Under the pieces are notes generated by a model that did no database searches, was not told the origin of the DNA, and saw only the letters and a list, made by a program, of their open reading frames with translations. A stretch of 33,942 nucleotides of DNA, from positions 1 through 33,942 of the forward strand of contig JBAXWY010000030.1 in NCBI GenBank assembly GCA_037128175.1. The letters are read 5' to 3'. Source of the DNA: Methanothrix sp. GTDB lineage: Archaea > Halobacteriota > Methanosarcinia > Methanotrichales > Methanotrichaceae. Positions 18,088 to 27,880 of the stretch are shown piece by piece. Position 1 is the stretch's first letter. Each line of letters opens with the position of its first letter. Position numbers and translations under genes: made by a program.

Positions 18088-18801
18088 ATGAGATTGGAAC
18101 AAAAGATTAATTATCTCATCTCGCCATCAAGATTTTTAGTGAAAGGGAATTTGCTCTGTCTAATCGTCATCGGAGTTGCAGCCCTAGCATTGGTAGCGGG
18201 CTTTTTTTACAGTGTTAAAGCGGCAGGTTATAGCCCTAATGAGCCTTATTTTACTTCTGCCCATGGTCTTACGCACCACATAAATGAAAGGTCTTTTGCA
18301 GATAAGGGATTTCTTTATGATGAGTCATCAACAGTAAGTGGTTCGGGAGAGATTTCCATCAAAGGATCATTTCACGATTATGCAGTGGATTCTAGCGGCT
18401 GGATGAAAGGTTCCGGATCAATTAACTTCGAATCTCTACGAAACATGAATAAGATTGGCAAAGAAGTTGACTTCACCCAGAAGTCCGATCTGGTTTTTGC
18501 GGGAGGGCAACTCAAGAATAGCAAGAGCCTGAAACTACCACTATTCGAAAAAGGTATTGGTGCCAGTGTGAGCGAGAGGTTCAATCTAAGCCATGTGGAC
18601 AAGAGTGAGACTAATACGATCAGGTCCATCAACCGCTTTAATAATACAATGTATTATGACACAGCACTGGCGTTTGAGGGGCTCTGGAATATCAAGAATA
18701 TGCGAGGCTGGTCGATCAACATGAATCGAAGTGAGCAGTCCTATTCGGGGTCTTTCCAAACTCAAAAGAAGATTGAGTTCGATGATTCTGCCCGAATTTA
18801 G
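18088..18801 (+). CDS. Exported or membrane-anchored hypothetical protein, possible relative of the WLPCC-tail proteins
   Basis: N-terminal hydrophobic segment (start may be the downstream in-frame GTG of VKGNLL); S/G/N-rich, beta-like sequence; ends EQSYSGSFQTQKKIEF. Confidence 0.75.
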   Translation: MRLEQKINYLISPSRFLVKGNLLCLIVIGVAALALVAGFFYSVKAAGYSPNEPYFTSAHGLTHHINERSFADKGFLYDESSTVSGSGEISIKGSFHDYAVDSSGWMKGSGSINFESLRNMNKIGKEVDFTQKSDLVFAGGQLKNSKSLKLPLFEKGIGASVSERFNLSHVDKSETNTIRSINRFNNTMYYDTALAFEGLWNIKNMRGWSINMNRSEQSYSGSFQTQKKIEFDDSARI

Positions 18802-19215
18802 CATTCCTATAGCCAGTATTGCCAAAGCATGTTACCGGCATCCACTTCAGAACCGAAGAAATGCCCACAGAATCCTGGTTGATCTTTTCAGCCTCTTAGT
18901 CTCGATGCGCAGTTTGAGTAATGATGAAAGCACTGTGCTTGTGGGGTAAGCTTTTTTTTAGGAGGAAAGCCACAATGACTTTTAATCAGATATTTATTTT
19001 ATGTTTTCCACTCTTCAGATATATTGCTGGCTCGATTAAGGTACTCAAGCACTTCTTCAGTTAACTGCAACGCAGGGCGCTAACTCACAAATAGCATGAT
19101 ATTAAATTGAGAGCCAGGTATTAAAATATTGTCAGGTTATTTTGGAAGCTGAATACTAGTGAATGCTGCATTATGGCATTATTTGGCCGGGTGAACCAGA
19201 AATTTGGATTGGCCC

Positions 19216-19953
19216 CTACAACTTCCTTCCAACTGTTGCACAATAGATGACGAACTCATCCACTCCATCAATCCCAAGCAATCCGGCCATAAGCTCGTCG
19301 TCGAAAGCTCCAATTGCACAAGCGCAACAATTAATCTGCTCCGCCGCAAGATAGAGGTTCTGGCATACATGGCCGGCGTCTAGGTGAACTAACCGATAAG
19401 CTCGTTCGCTATACCTCCATGCCATACGATAGATGACACAAGACCAGATGAAAGTTACAGCCGAGTCCTTCACTATGGCCTGCTTGAGACAGGCTTCCAT
19501 GACCCGATCTGTCATGCCAGGGCTAATCTCGATGGGCATGAGACGATGGGAGAATGCCAAATAACGATAGAGTCCAGGCTCAAGGCCGCTAACTCGATTG
19601 ACCAGCAAATAGGTCTCAAAGGCATGGCGGCCCCCTGCAGATGGAACATTACGAAATGTGGCATATGGTTCATGCCGCTGTACGATCCCCTGTGTACACC
19701 AGAGAAGGTAAGCGAGTTCCTGTAAGGTTAGAGGATCGCCGGCATACTCCCTAATCGACCTTCGCGATTCAATGGCAAAACGAAGTTCTAATGGTGGGGT
19801 GGATATTTCCACGGGCTGTGGCAGCGAAATGAACCTAGCATCTTCTGGAACAGGCTTCTCAAGGGAAGGGGCCGGAAGACCTAGGAACTGATCCGCGCGG
19901 GAAAGACGGTCATATCGAGTCATCTCCATGAATATTCGTCCTGTGGTCTGCAT
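19216..19953 (-). CDS. SagB/ThcOx-family nitroreductase-like FMN oxidoreductase
   Basis: RRSIREY, LLWCTQG, PSAGGRH, GLYRY and LDAGHVCQNLYL motifs. Confidence 0.9.
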   Translation of the reverse strand: MQTTGRIFMEMTRYDRLSRADQFLGLPAPSLEKPVPEDARFISLPQPVEISTPPLELRFAIESRRSIREYAGDPLTLQELAYLLWCTQGIVQRHEPYATFRNVPSAGGRHAFETYLLVNRVSGLEPGLYRYLAFSHRLMPIEISPGMTDRVMEACLKQAIVKDSAVTFIWSCVIYRMAWRYSERAYRLVHLDAGHVCQNLYLAAEQINCCACAIGAFDDELMAGLLGIDGVDEFVIYCATVGRKL

Positions 19954-20210
19954 AGATCTTAGTTTCTCGATTTTAATATAATAAGGTCACGATGTTCAGA
20001 ACATATTGCGAAGCAAATTCACATCGACGTTGCTGCAAGAATGTTTGGAACTCGTGGACCAAAAATCCACAATGAGAGGTCGAGTGCTATACTTATATGC
20101 CCCGCAGCAGTACGTCCGCGAGATGGCTCTCGTTAAGTCTCTTCATCGTCGATATAGATGACATCGCATAGTGCATCACCCCGCAATTCCAGAACAGATA
20201 CTAAGTGCAG

Positions 20211-21209
20211 TTACGGTATATTTGATTTACTTAAGGCAAAGTATGCCAGCAGGGCTTCCAGCTGAATTCTCTCGTTAGCGCCTTCCGTCATGCGAAAATC
20301 GATCTCTCCGATGCGGTCGATCAGTCTGACTTTGTCCTTGTCCGGTATATCTAGGTCCAGCATGGCCCGGTGAATCTGGACCACCACGTCCTGGCCGGAG
20401 AGCCCCTTGGAGAGCAGCAGATCGTCCAATGCCGCCCGCGCCCCCACGAAGTCTCCGGAAAGAGCCGTCTTTATGAAATCTCGAATTTCCTGTGGCTTGG
20501 CGGTGGATGTGATCTGGTAGATCGTCTCCTCGTCCACCTTATCGTCCAAAAGGGCAGCCGCCTGCAGAGCATTGATGGCTTTTCGCATATCTCCGCCGGC
20601 AACATATTCAATGGCGGACAGACCCTCGTCCGATACTATCAGCTTTTCCTCATCGGCGATGAATTTGATGCGCTTCTTGACGGCCGCCGCCGAGAGGGGC
20701 TTGAAGCGGTAGACGGCACAGCGAGACTGGATGGGCTCAATAATCTTGGAGGAATAGTTGCAGGATAGTATGAACCTGGTTGTGGCCGAGTAACGCTCCA
20801 TAGTGCGCCGCAGAGCGCTCTGGGCGTCGTTGGTCAGGGCATCGGCCTCGTCCAGAAATATAACTTTAAAATCGGCTACCCCGAGCGGTGCCATGCGGGC
20901 GAAGTCCTTGACCTTGTGGCGGATGATGTCTATGCCTCGCTCATCGCTGGCATTCAGCTCGATGAAATTGTTTCTCCAGGTCTCGCCAAAGATCTCTTTG
21001 ACGATGGAGATGGAGGCCGCCGTCTTGCCCACGCCCGGCGGCCCGGAGAACATAAGATGCGGCAAGTTTCTGGTCTTTACATAGGACTTGAGACGGCGGA
21101 TTATCTCGTCCTGGCCCACAATGTCGTCCAGCTTTTCAGGCCGGTACTTCTCGATCCAGATCTCCTCTTTAATAAATAACTCCTCCTGAGAAATGGTTCG
21201 TGCTGTCAT
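20211..21209 (-). CDS. rfcS: Replication factor C small subunit
   Basis: WIEKYRP, GPPGVGKT, ELNASDERG, LDEAD, QSRC and GDMRKAIN motifs. Nearest in-frame ATG is 21209, but an ATT start at 21173 is possible (see findings). Confidence 0.97.
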   Translation of the reverse strand: MTARTISQEELFIKEEIWIEKYRPEKLDDIVGQDEIIRRLKSYVKTRNLPHLMFSGPPGVGKTAASISIVKEIFGETWRNNFIELNASDERGIDIIRHKVKDFARMAPLGVADFKVIFLDEADALTNDAQSALRRTMERYSATTRFILSCNYSSKIIEPIQSRCAVYRFKPLSAAAVKKRIKFIADEEKLIVSDEGLSAIEYVAGGDMRKAINALQAAALLDDKVDEETIYQITSTAKPQEIRDFIKTALSGDFVGARAALDDLLLSKGLSGQDVVVQIHRAMLDLDIPDKDKVRLIDRIGEIDFRMTEGANERIQLEALLAYFALSKSNIP

Positions 21210-21290
21210 TATATCAATATTGCTGCAAGGCAACAAAGGCTAAATATAGATGTGTAACATGATGGCAAAGCGTTTTTTGGAGGATTTCCT

Positions 21291-24200
21291 GTGATCACCG
21301 AGGTGGCTGGGCAGTATAATGCAGAGGATCTGGAGAACCAGATCAGATTGTTGTGGGAAAAGGAGCAAACCTACCGCACGGTTAGGAAGCTTCGGGTGGG
21401 CGGCAAGAAGTTCTTCTTCGTGGACGGACCGCCCTACACCACGGGGCGCATTCACCTGGGCACCGCCTGGAACAAGGTGATCAAAGACTCGGTTCTGCGC
21501 TACAAGTCCATGAACTGTTTTGAGGTCAAGGACAGGGCGGGCTGGGATATGCACGGCCTGCCCATCGAGGTCAAAGTAGAGGAGTCCTTCGGCTTTAGAA
21601 ACAAGAAGGATATTGAGGCTTATGGCGTCGATAAGTTCATCGCCCGCTGCAAGGAGTTCGCGCTTCGCCAGAAGGACGACATGACGGCTCAGTTCAAGAT
21701 CCTGGGGGCCTGGCTGGACTGGGAAGATCCCTACATGACGCTCAAGAACGAGTATCTGGAGGCGGCCTGGTGGACTCTGAAAAAGGCGCATGAGAATAAC
21801 CTCCTGGAAAGAGGTTTGCGGGTGGTCAATTGGTGCCCGCGCTGCCAGACGGCCATTGCCGACTCCGAGGTGGAGTACTGGGATGAGACCGACTACTCCA
21901 TCTATGTCAAATTCCCCGTGCTTGGCGAAGAGAATACCTACATTGTCATCTGGACCACCACGCCCTGGACCATTCCCGCCAACGTGGCCGTAGCAGTCAA
22001 CCCCACCTTCCAATATTCCAAAGTGCGAGCCATGAAGGATGGAAAGGCCGAGATCCTCATCATGGCCTCGGACCTGGTCGAGTCCGTGCTCAAGATCGGT
22101 CGCTATCAAGACTTTGAGCTGCTTTGTGCCCTATCCGCAGAGCAAATGCAGGAGCTCACATACAGTCACCCCTTGGGCGGCATGGTCCCCCGGCAAAAAG
22201 AGATTTTGCACAAGGTTTATGCCGCCGACTTCGTGACGGCAGAGAACACCGGCTGCGTGCACATCGCTCCCGGCCACGGTCTCGAGGACTACGAGCTGGG
22301 AATGAAACATCATATGGAGATCTTCTGCCCTGTGGGCGGAGACGGACGCTACACGGCCGAGGCAGGAGAGAAGTATCAGGGCCTGTATGTCAAGGAGGCG
22401 GATAGCGAAGTTATCGCCGATCTGGAGGAACAGGGTAAACTGCTGTCCCAGGGACGGCTAGCGCACCGCTACGGCCATTGCTGGCGTTGCAAGACGCCTA
22501 TCATCTTCATCGCCACTAGCCAGTGGTTTTTGCGAATATCCGATCTGCGGGACAAGATGCTCGAAGAGGTCTCGCGCATAACCTGGTATCCGGAGTGGGC
22601 AGGATCGGCTCGCTTCTCGGACTGGATCAAGAATGCCCGCGACTGGTGCATCTCCCGGCAGAGGTACTGGGGAATTCCTCTGCCTATCTGGACCTGCCCG
22701 GCCTGCGGCCATTTAGAGGTGATCGGCACGGCTGCTGAGCTCGAGGAGAGAAGCGGTCAGAAGCTGGCTGATCTGCACCGGCCGGATGTGGACCATATCT
22801 TTTTGGACTGCCCCTGCGGCGGCAAAATGGTGCGCTCGCCTGATGTTTTTGATGTCTGGTTTGACAGCGCCGTAGCCTCCTGGGCCACTTTACGCTTCCC
22901 CAGCCACGAAGAAGAATTCAGGGAATGGTGGCCGGCTGATTTCATCACGGAAGGGCATGACCAGACGCGCGGCTGGTTCTACTCTCAACTGGGGGCCGCC
23001 ATGGTCTCCTTTGGCAGAGCGCCTTACAAGAGCGTCCTCATGCACGGCTTTACCTTGGACGACCAGGGCAGGAAGATGTCCAAGAGCATAGGCAACATCG
23101 TCCAACCGGAGGAGGTTGTGCAGAAGTTTGGAGCCGACATCCTGCGCTTTTATGTGCTGGGAGCCAATGCCCCCTGGGAGGATCTGCACTTCTCCTGGGA
23201 TGCTGTGGAGAACACCAGCCGCATGCTCAACATCTTCTGGAATGCTTATCGCTTTGCCCTGCCCTACATGGTCCTGGATAAGTTCGATGCCGGCAAGGCG
23301 GATCTGTCCAGGTACGAGAGCAATCTACGCCCCGAGGATCGCTGGATTTTGTCCCGGGTAAACAGCCTGATTGAGGACGTCACAAAAGAGATGGAGGTCT
23401 ACCAGTTGCATCGCATTGTGCGCTCCATCTCCGACTTCATACTGGAAGATCTGTCTCGCTGGTACATCCAGCTGGTGCGGCCCCGCACCTGGATTGAGCA
23501 GGATAATCCGGACAAGCTCGCCGCCTACGCCACCATCTATGAGGTTTTAGTTAAACTCTCAAAGCTCATGGCTCCGTTCACGCCCTTCATCGCCGAGTCC
23601 ATCTACCAGAATCTGGTGAAAGGCCTAGACGAAGGTGCACCGCAGTCGGTACACATGTGCCAGTGGCCCAAAGCCGATGCGGGGCGAATAGACAAGCATC
23701 TGGAAGAGAGCATGGCACTGGTAAGGGAGGTTTCCATGGCCGCTTCCAATGCCCGCCAGAAAGGAGGCCGCAAATTGCGCTGGCCTGTCTCAGAAATCTT
23801 AATAGCTCCGGCCCAGGAGGCCGTGGACTTGGGCGGCCTGGAAAATGTCCTTAAGGGCCAGACCAACTCCAAGAAGATAACCGTGCTAGCTGCCGGAGAA
23901 AAGCCAAAGATGGACCTGGAGATCGCCCCAGTTCATAAGAAGATAGGTCCGGTCTACAAGGGCGAAGCCAAGAATGTCGTCGAGGCCATAGCCGCTGCCA
24001 ACCCTGCCGAGGTCAAGAGGCAACTGGATGCTGGGGACGCGACCATATCTTTCAGAGGAATGGAGTATAAAATAACCGCCGATATGGTGCAAATCAAGGA
24101 ATTGCCGTCGCAAAATCTGCCTGCCGCAGAGTTTTCCCGAGGATTTGTCTTCGTGGACATCACCCTCACACCCGAACTGGAGGCGGAAGGGTATGCCCGA

Positions 24201-24452
24201 GAGATCATTCGCCGCATCCAGGATATGAGAAAAGAGCTGGATCTGCGCGTGGAAGATCAGATCCGGGCCATTGTCGATATCGAGAGCAAGCCGATCCTTG
24301 ACTTAGCCCTGCAAAAGAAGGAGCATATTGCCGGCGAGGTTCGAGCTGCAAATTTCCAGTTGGGCCTGGGCCTGGAACTAGAGGGCAAGCTGGTTAAAGA
24401 CTGGGATATAGAGGGAGTCTGTGTGAGAATCGGCATAGATCGGGCAGTATAA
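21291..24452 (+). CDS. ileS: Isoleucine--tRNA ligase
   Basis: DGPPY..HLGT (HIGH-like), GWDMHGLPIE, WTTTPWT, DWCISRQRYWG and KMSKS motifs; GTG start after GGAGG. Confidence 0.98.
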   Translation: MITEVAGQYNAEDLENQIRLLWEKEQTYRTVRKLRVGGKKFFFVDGPPYTTGRIHLGTAWNKVIKDSVLRYKSMNCFEVKDRAGWDMHGLPIEVKVEESFGFRNKKDIEAYGVDKFIARCKEFALRQKDDMTAQFKILGAWLDWEDPYMTLKNEYLEAAWWTLKKAHENNLLERGLRVVNWCPRCQTAIADSEVEYWDETDYSIYVKFPVLGEENTYIVIWTTTPWTIPANVAVAVNPTFQYSKVRAMKDGKAEILIMASDLVESVLKIGRYQDFELLCALSAEQMQELTYSHPLGGMVPRQKEILHKVYAADFVTAENTGCVHIAPGHGLEDYELGMKHHMEIFCPVGGDGRYTAEAGEKYQGLYVKEADSEVIADLEEQGKLLSQGRLAHRYGHCWRCKTPIIFIATSQWFLRISDLRDKMLEEVSRITWYPEWAGSARFSDWIKNARDWCISRQRYWGIPLPIWTCPACGHLEVIGTAAELEERSGQKLADLHRPDVDHIFLDCPCGGKMVRSPDVFDVWFDSAVASWATLRFPSHEEEFREWWPADFITEGHDQTRGWFYSQLGAAMVSFGRAPYKSVLMHGFTLDDQGRKMSKSIGNIVQPEEVVQKFGADILRFYVLGANAPWEDLHFSWDAVENTSRMLNIFWNAYRFALPYMVLDKFDAGKADLSRYESNLRPEDRWILSRVNSLIEDVTKEMEVYQLHRIVRSISDFILEDLSRWYIQLVRPRTWIEQDNPDKLAAYATIYEVLVKLSKLMAPFTPFIAESIYQNLVKGLDEGAPQSVHMCQWPKADAGRIDKHLEESMALVREVSMAASNARQKGGRKLRWPVSEILIAPAQEAVDLGGLENVLKGQTNSKKITVLAAGEKPKMDLEIAPVHKKIGPVYKGEAKNVVEAIAAANPAEVKRQLDAGDATISFRGMEYKITADMVQIKELPSQNLPAAEFSRGFVFVDITLTPELEAEGYAREIIRRIQDMRKELDLRVEDQIRAIVDIESKPILDLALQKKEHIAGEVRAANFQLGLGLELEGKLVKDWDIEGVCVRIGIDRAV

Positions 24453-24499
24453 ACCGAAAATAGGTGCGAGATCAATTTAGATCACAGGAGTTTTATAAT

Positions 24500-24976
24500 A
24501 TGGGTATGGAAGAAGATGTCATGGTGGCACCAGTTCCCGTCAGGGTCAAAGGGGTCTACATTGCCGAATCAGAAGGAAGCGCGCCTGTACCTGTGGTCCT
24601 CCTAGAGGATGAGATGGCGAGGATCGTGCCCATATTTGTGGGGCTGTCTGAGGCCGTCTCCATTCATCATGCCCTTTCCGGGGAATTGTCGCCCCGGCCC
24701 ATGACCCATGATCTCTTCATCTCCGTCCTGGAATGCCTTTCTGCCAGCATCACCAATGTGCTCATCGATGATCTGGATGCAGGCATCTACTATGCTCGCA
24801 TCACCATCAAGAGCGAGAGCAAACAGAGCGAGATAGATGCCCGTCCCAGCGACTGCCTGGCCCTGGCTCTGAGGAGTCGCGCTCCTATCGAGGTGCAGGA
24901 GAAGGTAGTCCATGAAGCCTGCATCAGCAAGAGCGATGTGGAGAAGCTGGTCAGCATAGACAACTATCTGCAGTAA
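24500..24976 (+). CDS. Bifunctional nuclease family protein (DUF151/BFN)
   Basis: VPIFVG, PRPMTHDL and IDARPSDCLALALR motifs; start placed at the in-frame ATG 24500. Confidence 0.9.
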   Translation: MGMEEDVMVAPVPVRVKGVYIAESEGSAPVPVVLLEDEMARIVPIFVGLSEAVSIHHALSGELSPRPMTHDLFISVLECLSASITNVLIDDLDAGIYYARITIKSESKQSEIDARPSDCLALALRSRAPIEVQEKVVHEACISKSDVEKLVSIDNYLQ

Positions 24977-25020
24977 ATTCGGCACAAAGGTTATCTTCCA
25001 AAACCGGCAATCCAATTGTT

Positions 25021-26217
25021 ATGACTGTGGATTCGGTGGAAAAGCCTGCTGATAACCGTTGGAGTGAACCAGCCCGTTATATTATGGGCGTGGTCCTGCT
25101 TTTGGCCGGGCTGTTCGTGGTGTACATTGGGCGATCTGCCATTCCTTTGGTGATATCTGCCGCACTGCTGGCCTTACTAGTAGATCCAATTATCCGGTTT
25201 TTGGCCGGGCGTCTGCGGATGAATAAAAATCTGGCAATTGTAATTACCTATTTGTTCGTGGTGGCCATGCTGCTGGTAGTTCCCTTGCTTTTGATCCAAC
25301 CGCTTGTGGAGGCAGCTAATTTTGCTCTACAAATTGATCCAAGTCTGATTATACAGAGATTGAGCCAGATTGTACAATCCTTTTCAACTGATCTGCAAGC
25401 CCACCAGTGGCTGGCAAGCGTATTGAACCCGGCTCTTGATTCCCTGTTGACGGCTCTGAATTATTCTACATCATCAGCCCAGACCCCAGTTCCAGCCATG
25501 CAAATGTCGGTTGCCGACTTGAGCAGCCGGATTGGAAATGCAATGGGTGCTGTGGCAGGATTTTTGGGACCGACTTTTTCTGGGTTAGCTTCGGTATTGT
25601 TCACGCTGCTGATGGCGCTGCAAATGACTCTCACCGCTGGTGAGTTCAAGAATTGGTTTTCGGACTTGATTCCACCGGGCCATGGACCGGAGCTCTCCTT
25701 GCTGTTTGGAAATATCCACATGACCTGGACAGGTTTCCTGCGAGGTCAAATTCATCTCATGCTGATAGTAGGCCTGGTCACCTGGGTGGGAGGTTTTATT
25801 CTGGGATTGCCGCAGGCATTTTTCCTGGGCGTCATTGCCGGATTCATGGAGTTGATCCCCAATGTCGGCCCGGTTCTGGCGGCTGTTCCTGCGGTTTTGA
25901 TCGCCCTCTTATTTGGATCAACACATCTGGCATTCAGCCACCTGAGTTTTGCGCTAGTGATTATTGGTTTCTACACGCTTGTCCAGATGCTGGAAAATCA
26001 ATTCCTGGTGCCAAAGATCATGGGTAATGCTGTCGATCTCCCCCCCCTGATAGTATTAATCGGTGTCATCGCCGGTGCCGAGGCATTCGGCATAATGGGG
26101 GCGCTCCTGGCTACACCGATGATCGCCACGGGAAAACTGATATTTCGTTATATTTATGGAAAGATCATGGTGGACGCCCTTGTTGCACCGACGGTTGGAT
26201 CGAAGCCGAATCAATGA
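25021..26217 (+). CDS. AI-2E family transporter (PerM/UPF0118)
   Basis: FLRGQ, IPNVGP, ENQFLVPKIMG and GALLATP motifs; multiple TMs. Confidence 0.9.
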   Translation: MTVDSVEKPADNRWSEPARYIMGVVLLLAGLFVVYIGRSAIPLVISAALLALLVDPIIRFLAGRLRMNKNLAIVITYLFVVAMLLVVPLLLIQPLVEAANFALQIDPSLIIQRLSQIVQSFSTDLQAHQWLASVLNPALDSLLTALNYSTSSAQTPVPAMQMSVADLSSRIGNAMGAVAGFLGPTFSGLASVLFTLLMALQMTLTAGEFKNWFSDLIPPGHGPELSLLFGNIHMTWTGFLRGQIHLMLIVGLVTWVGGFILGLPQAFFLGVIAGFMELIPNVGPVLAAVPAVLIALLFGSTHLAFSHLSFALVIIGFYTLVQMLENQFLVPKIMGNAVDLPPLIVLIGVIAGAEAFGIMGALLATPMIATGKLIFRYIYGKIMVDALVAPTVGSKPNQ

Positions 26218-27239
26218 CTAATCGTCTCCAGGTCGATCATATATCTCATAGTTAGGAGAACTGTGATATCTATTGCCAGCTTTATGAGGCCGGCAAACTC
26301 CATATCCAGGAAAATGAAGATGTCCACCAGGAAGATCTGAATGAGGATGGAGGTCTTGAACAGCCGGTAGGCTCTCAGCCTATCCCTACGCATCCTGAGA
26401 ACCCCCGCCGCTACATAAGCGCTGGCCAGCAATGCAGAGAGCGTCCCTCCTAACTCACTCAGGGTTAATGGCGGAAGCTGCAACTTGGGGATAAATAGTT
26501 GGATAATTTCCAGGGAGTTGATAAAGAGAGATAAGAGGGAGATGGTGATGAATAACGCCATCACGGCTCTGGTAAACCAGGGCTTTCTCACAATGCGTGC
26601 ATAGACGTTACTGGGCCGCCTTTTAATTCTTGTCCAGGCATCCGGCCCCTGGGCAGGTATGGATTTAATATTTTTCATCAGCTCGCTAAGAGCGATTGTC
26701 ACCGGATTATTGGGATCTGCTTCATTCAAGAGGCTCAGGGCTCTTTGCTGATCTTCAGATCTAAGATCCTGTGTCACTGCCTCCTTGGTAAGTTCGAGGA
26801 CGTTTACCAGCCGTTCCTTGTCCGACAACCAGGGGGAGCGATTGATGCGCTCCATGAGGAAATAGATGATAATGAAGATAATGTAGATAATGGCCACGCT
26901 TGGCTTGAAGAAGTAATCGTTATCTGCAGTGACAAACTTGCCAACCTCGTCTATGAAAGCTCCAAAGCCAAATCCGCCTAAAAGTGCAGCCATGGACCTG
27001 GCGGCCCGGCCGGTGAAAGCCTGAAACATTATCATGGCCAGCAGCATAAAGAGCCCGCCCACCAGCACATGAGCTATGTGCAGGTTTCCTGGGCTGAACT
27101 GGGGATAGCCAGTAAGATGCAAGAAGCCTCGTATGGCCAGAATTGATGCAACTGCTGTGACGAAGAAGATCTCCATCAGGTCTGACCCATCAAGATTACG
27201 CACGAAAATCCTATTGAAGGTCGCACTAATATTATTCAT
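26211..27239 (-). CDS. Uncharacterised polytopic membrane protein
   Basis: About 7 TM segments with polar motifs HIAHVLVGG and FIDEVGKFVTADNDYFF; start placed at the in-frame ATG 27239. Confidence 0.8.
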   Translation of the reverse strand: MNNISATFNRIFVRNLDGSDLMEIFFVTAVASILAIRGFLHLTGYPQFSPGNLHIAHVLVGGLFMLLAMIMFQAFTGRAARSMAALLGGFGFGAFIDEVGKFVTADNDYFFKPSVAIIYIIFIIIYFLMERINRSPWLSDKERLVNVLELTKEAVTQDLRSEDQQRALSLLNEADPNNPVTIALSELMKNIKSIPAQGPDAWTRIKRRPSNVYARIVRKPWFTRAVMALFITISLLSLFINSLEIIQLFIPKLQLPPLTLSELGGTLSALLASAYVAAGVLRMRRDRLRAYRLFKTSILIQIFLVDIFIFLDMEFAGLIKLAIDITVLLTMRYMIDLETISH

Positions 27240-27499
27240 GTATCTCCGGATGCTCTGAATCTGGCCCTGCAAATAGCTGTAACTAACCTATAATTACTCC
27301 ATTGTTACCGACTTACTTGAATATCTTCTTTTCCATCATTCGGACATAATCCTTATATACGATAATAGACGTATTCATGTTGTTCACAATTGTGATTGGC
27401 AAATTCAGGATATTGCTTTGCATACCTTTGCCCGGCAAAAAAGTCGTTGATTGCCGCAATATCGGTACCTGTATCCAAGCGTAACGTTAGGTGATAAAT

Positions 27500-27880
27500 G
27501 TGAGATTTGGCACAATAACCGGATCGTTGCTTCTGATGCTATTGATATCTTTAGCCACGCAAACCGCCCTGGCCAAGGACGAACCTGCCGAGCTTAAGGC
27601 AGAAGATGTGAAGATCTCCGAAATTTTAGAGAATGAGACCGCTTATCACGGCAAGATGGTAGTAGTCGAGGGCAAGATCGAGCTGGAATGCGGTGCAGGC
27701 TGCTGGTTTGTCCTGAATGACGGCACGGGGAGCATTTACGTTGATATTTTGCCCAATAACTTCGCCATACCTCAGAAGAGCGGCGAAGATGCCAGGGTCT
27801 ATGGTGAGGTCACTCTGAAGAACGGCGATCCTCAGATCATTGGCAAGATGGTGTTGATCGGCGGAGAAGTCTATCAATGA
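27500..27880 (+). CDS. Secreted OB-fold protein with CxxxC motif
   Basis: AGGTGA RBS then GTG at 27500; signal peptide ending ALA|KD; YHGKMVVVEGKI, ECGAGCWF, DGTGSIYV and VYGEV OB-fold pattern; ATGA-coupled to the permease. Confidence 0.8.
   Translation: MRFGTITGSLLLMLLISLATQTALAKDEPAELKAEDVKISEILENETAYHGKMVVVEGKIELECGAGCWFVLNDGTGSIYVDILPNNFAIPQKSGEDARVYGEVTLKNGDPQIIGKMVLIGGEVYQ

Noticed and set aside
18919-18990. ATGATGA box C-like motif suggesting a C/D sRNA
   Set aside because: No CTGA box D at a suitable distance downstream.
19216-19953. SagB-like gene as part of a TOMM/RiPP cluster
   Set aside because: No YcaO, E1-like protein or precursor peptide adjacent; stand-alone SagB-like nitroreductases are common.
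20211-21209. Intein in rfcS, a known archaeal intein host
   Set aside because: Normal length with contiguous motifs; no insertion.
21450-21465. HLGT instead of HIGH in IleRS
   Set aside because: Within the normal variation of archaeal-type IleRS signature motifs.
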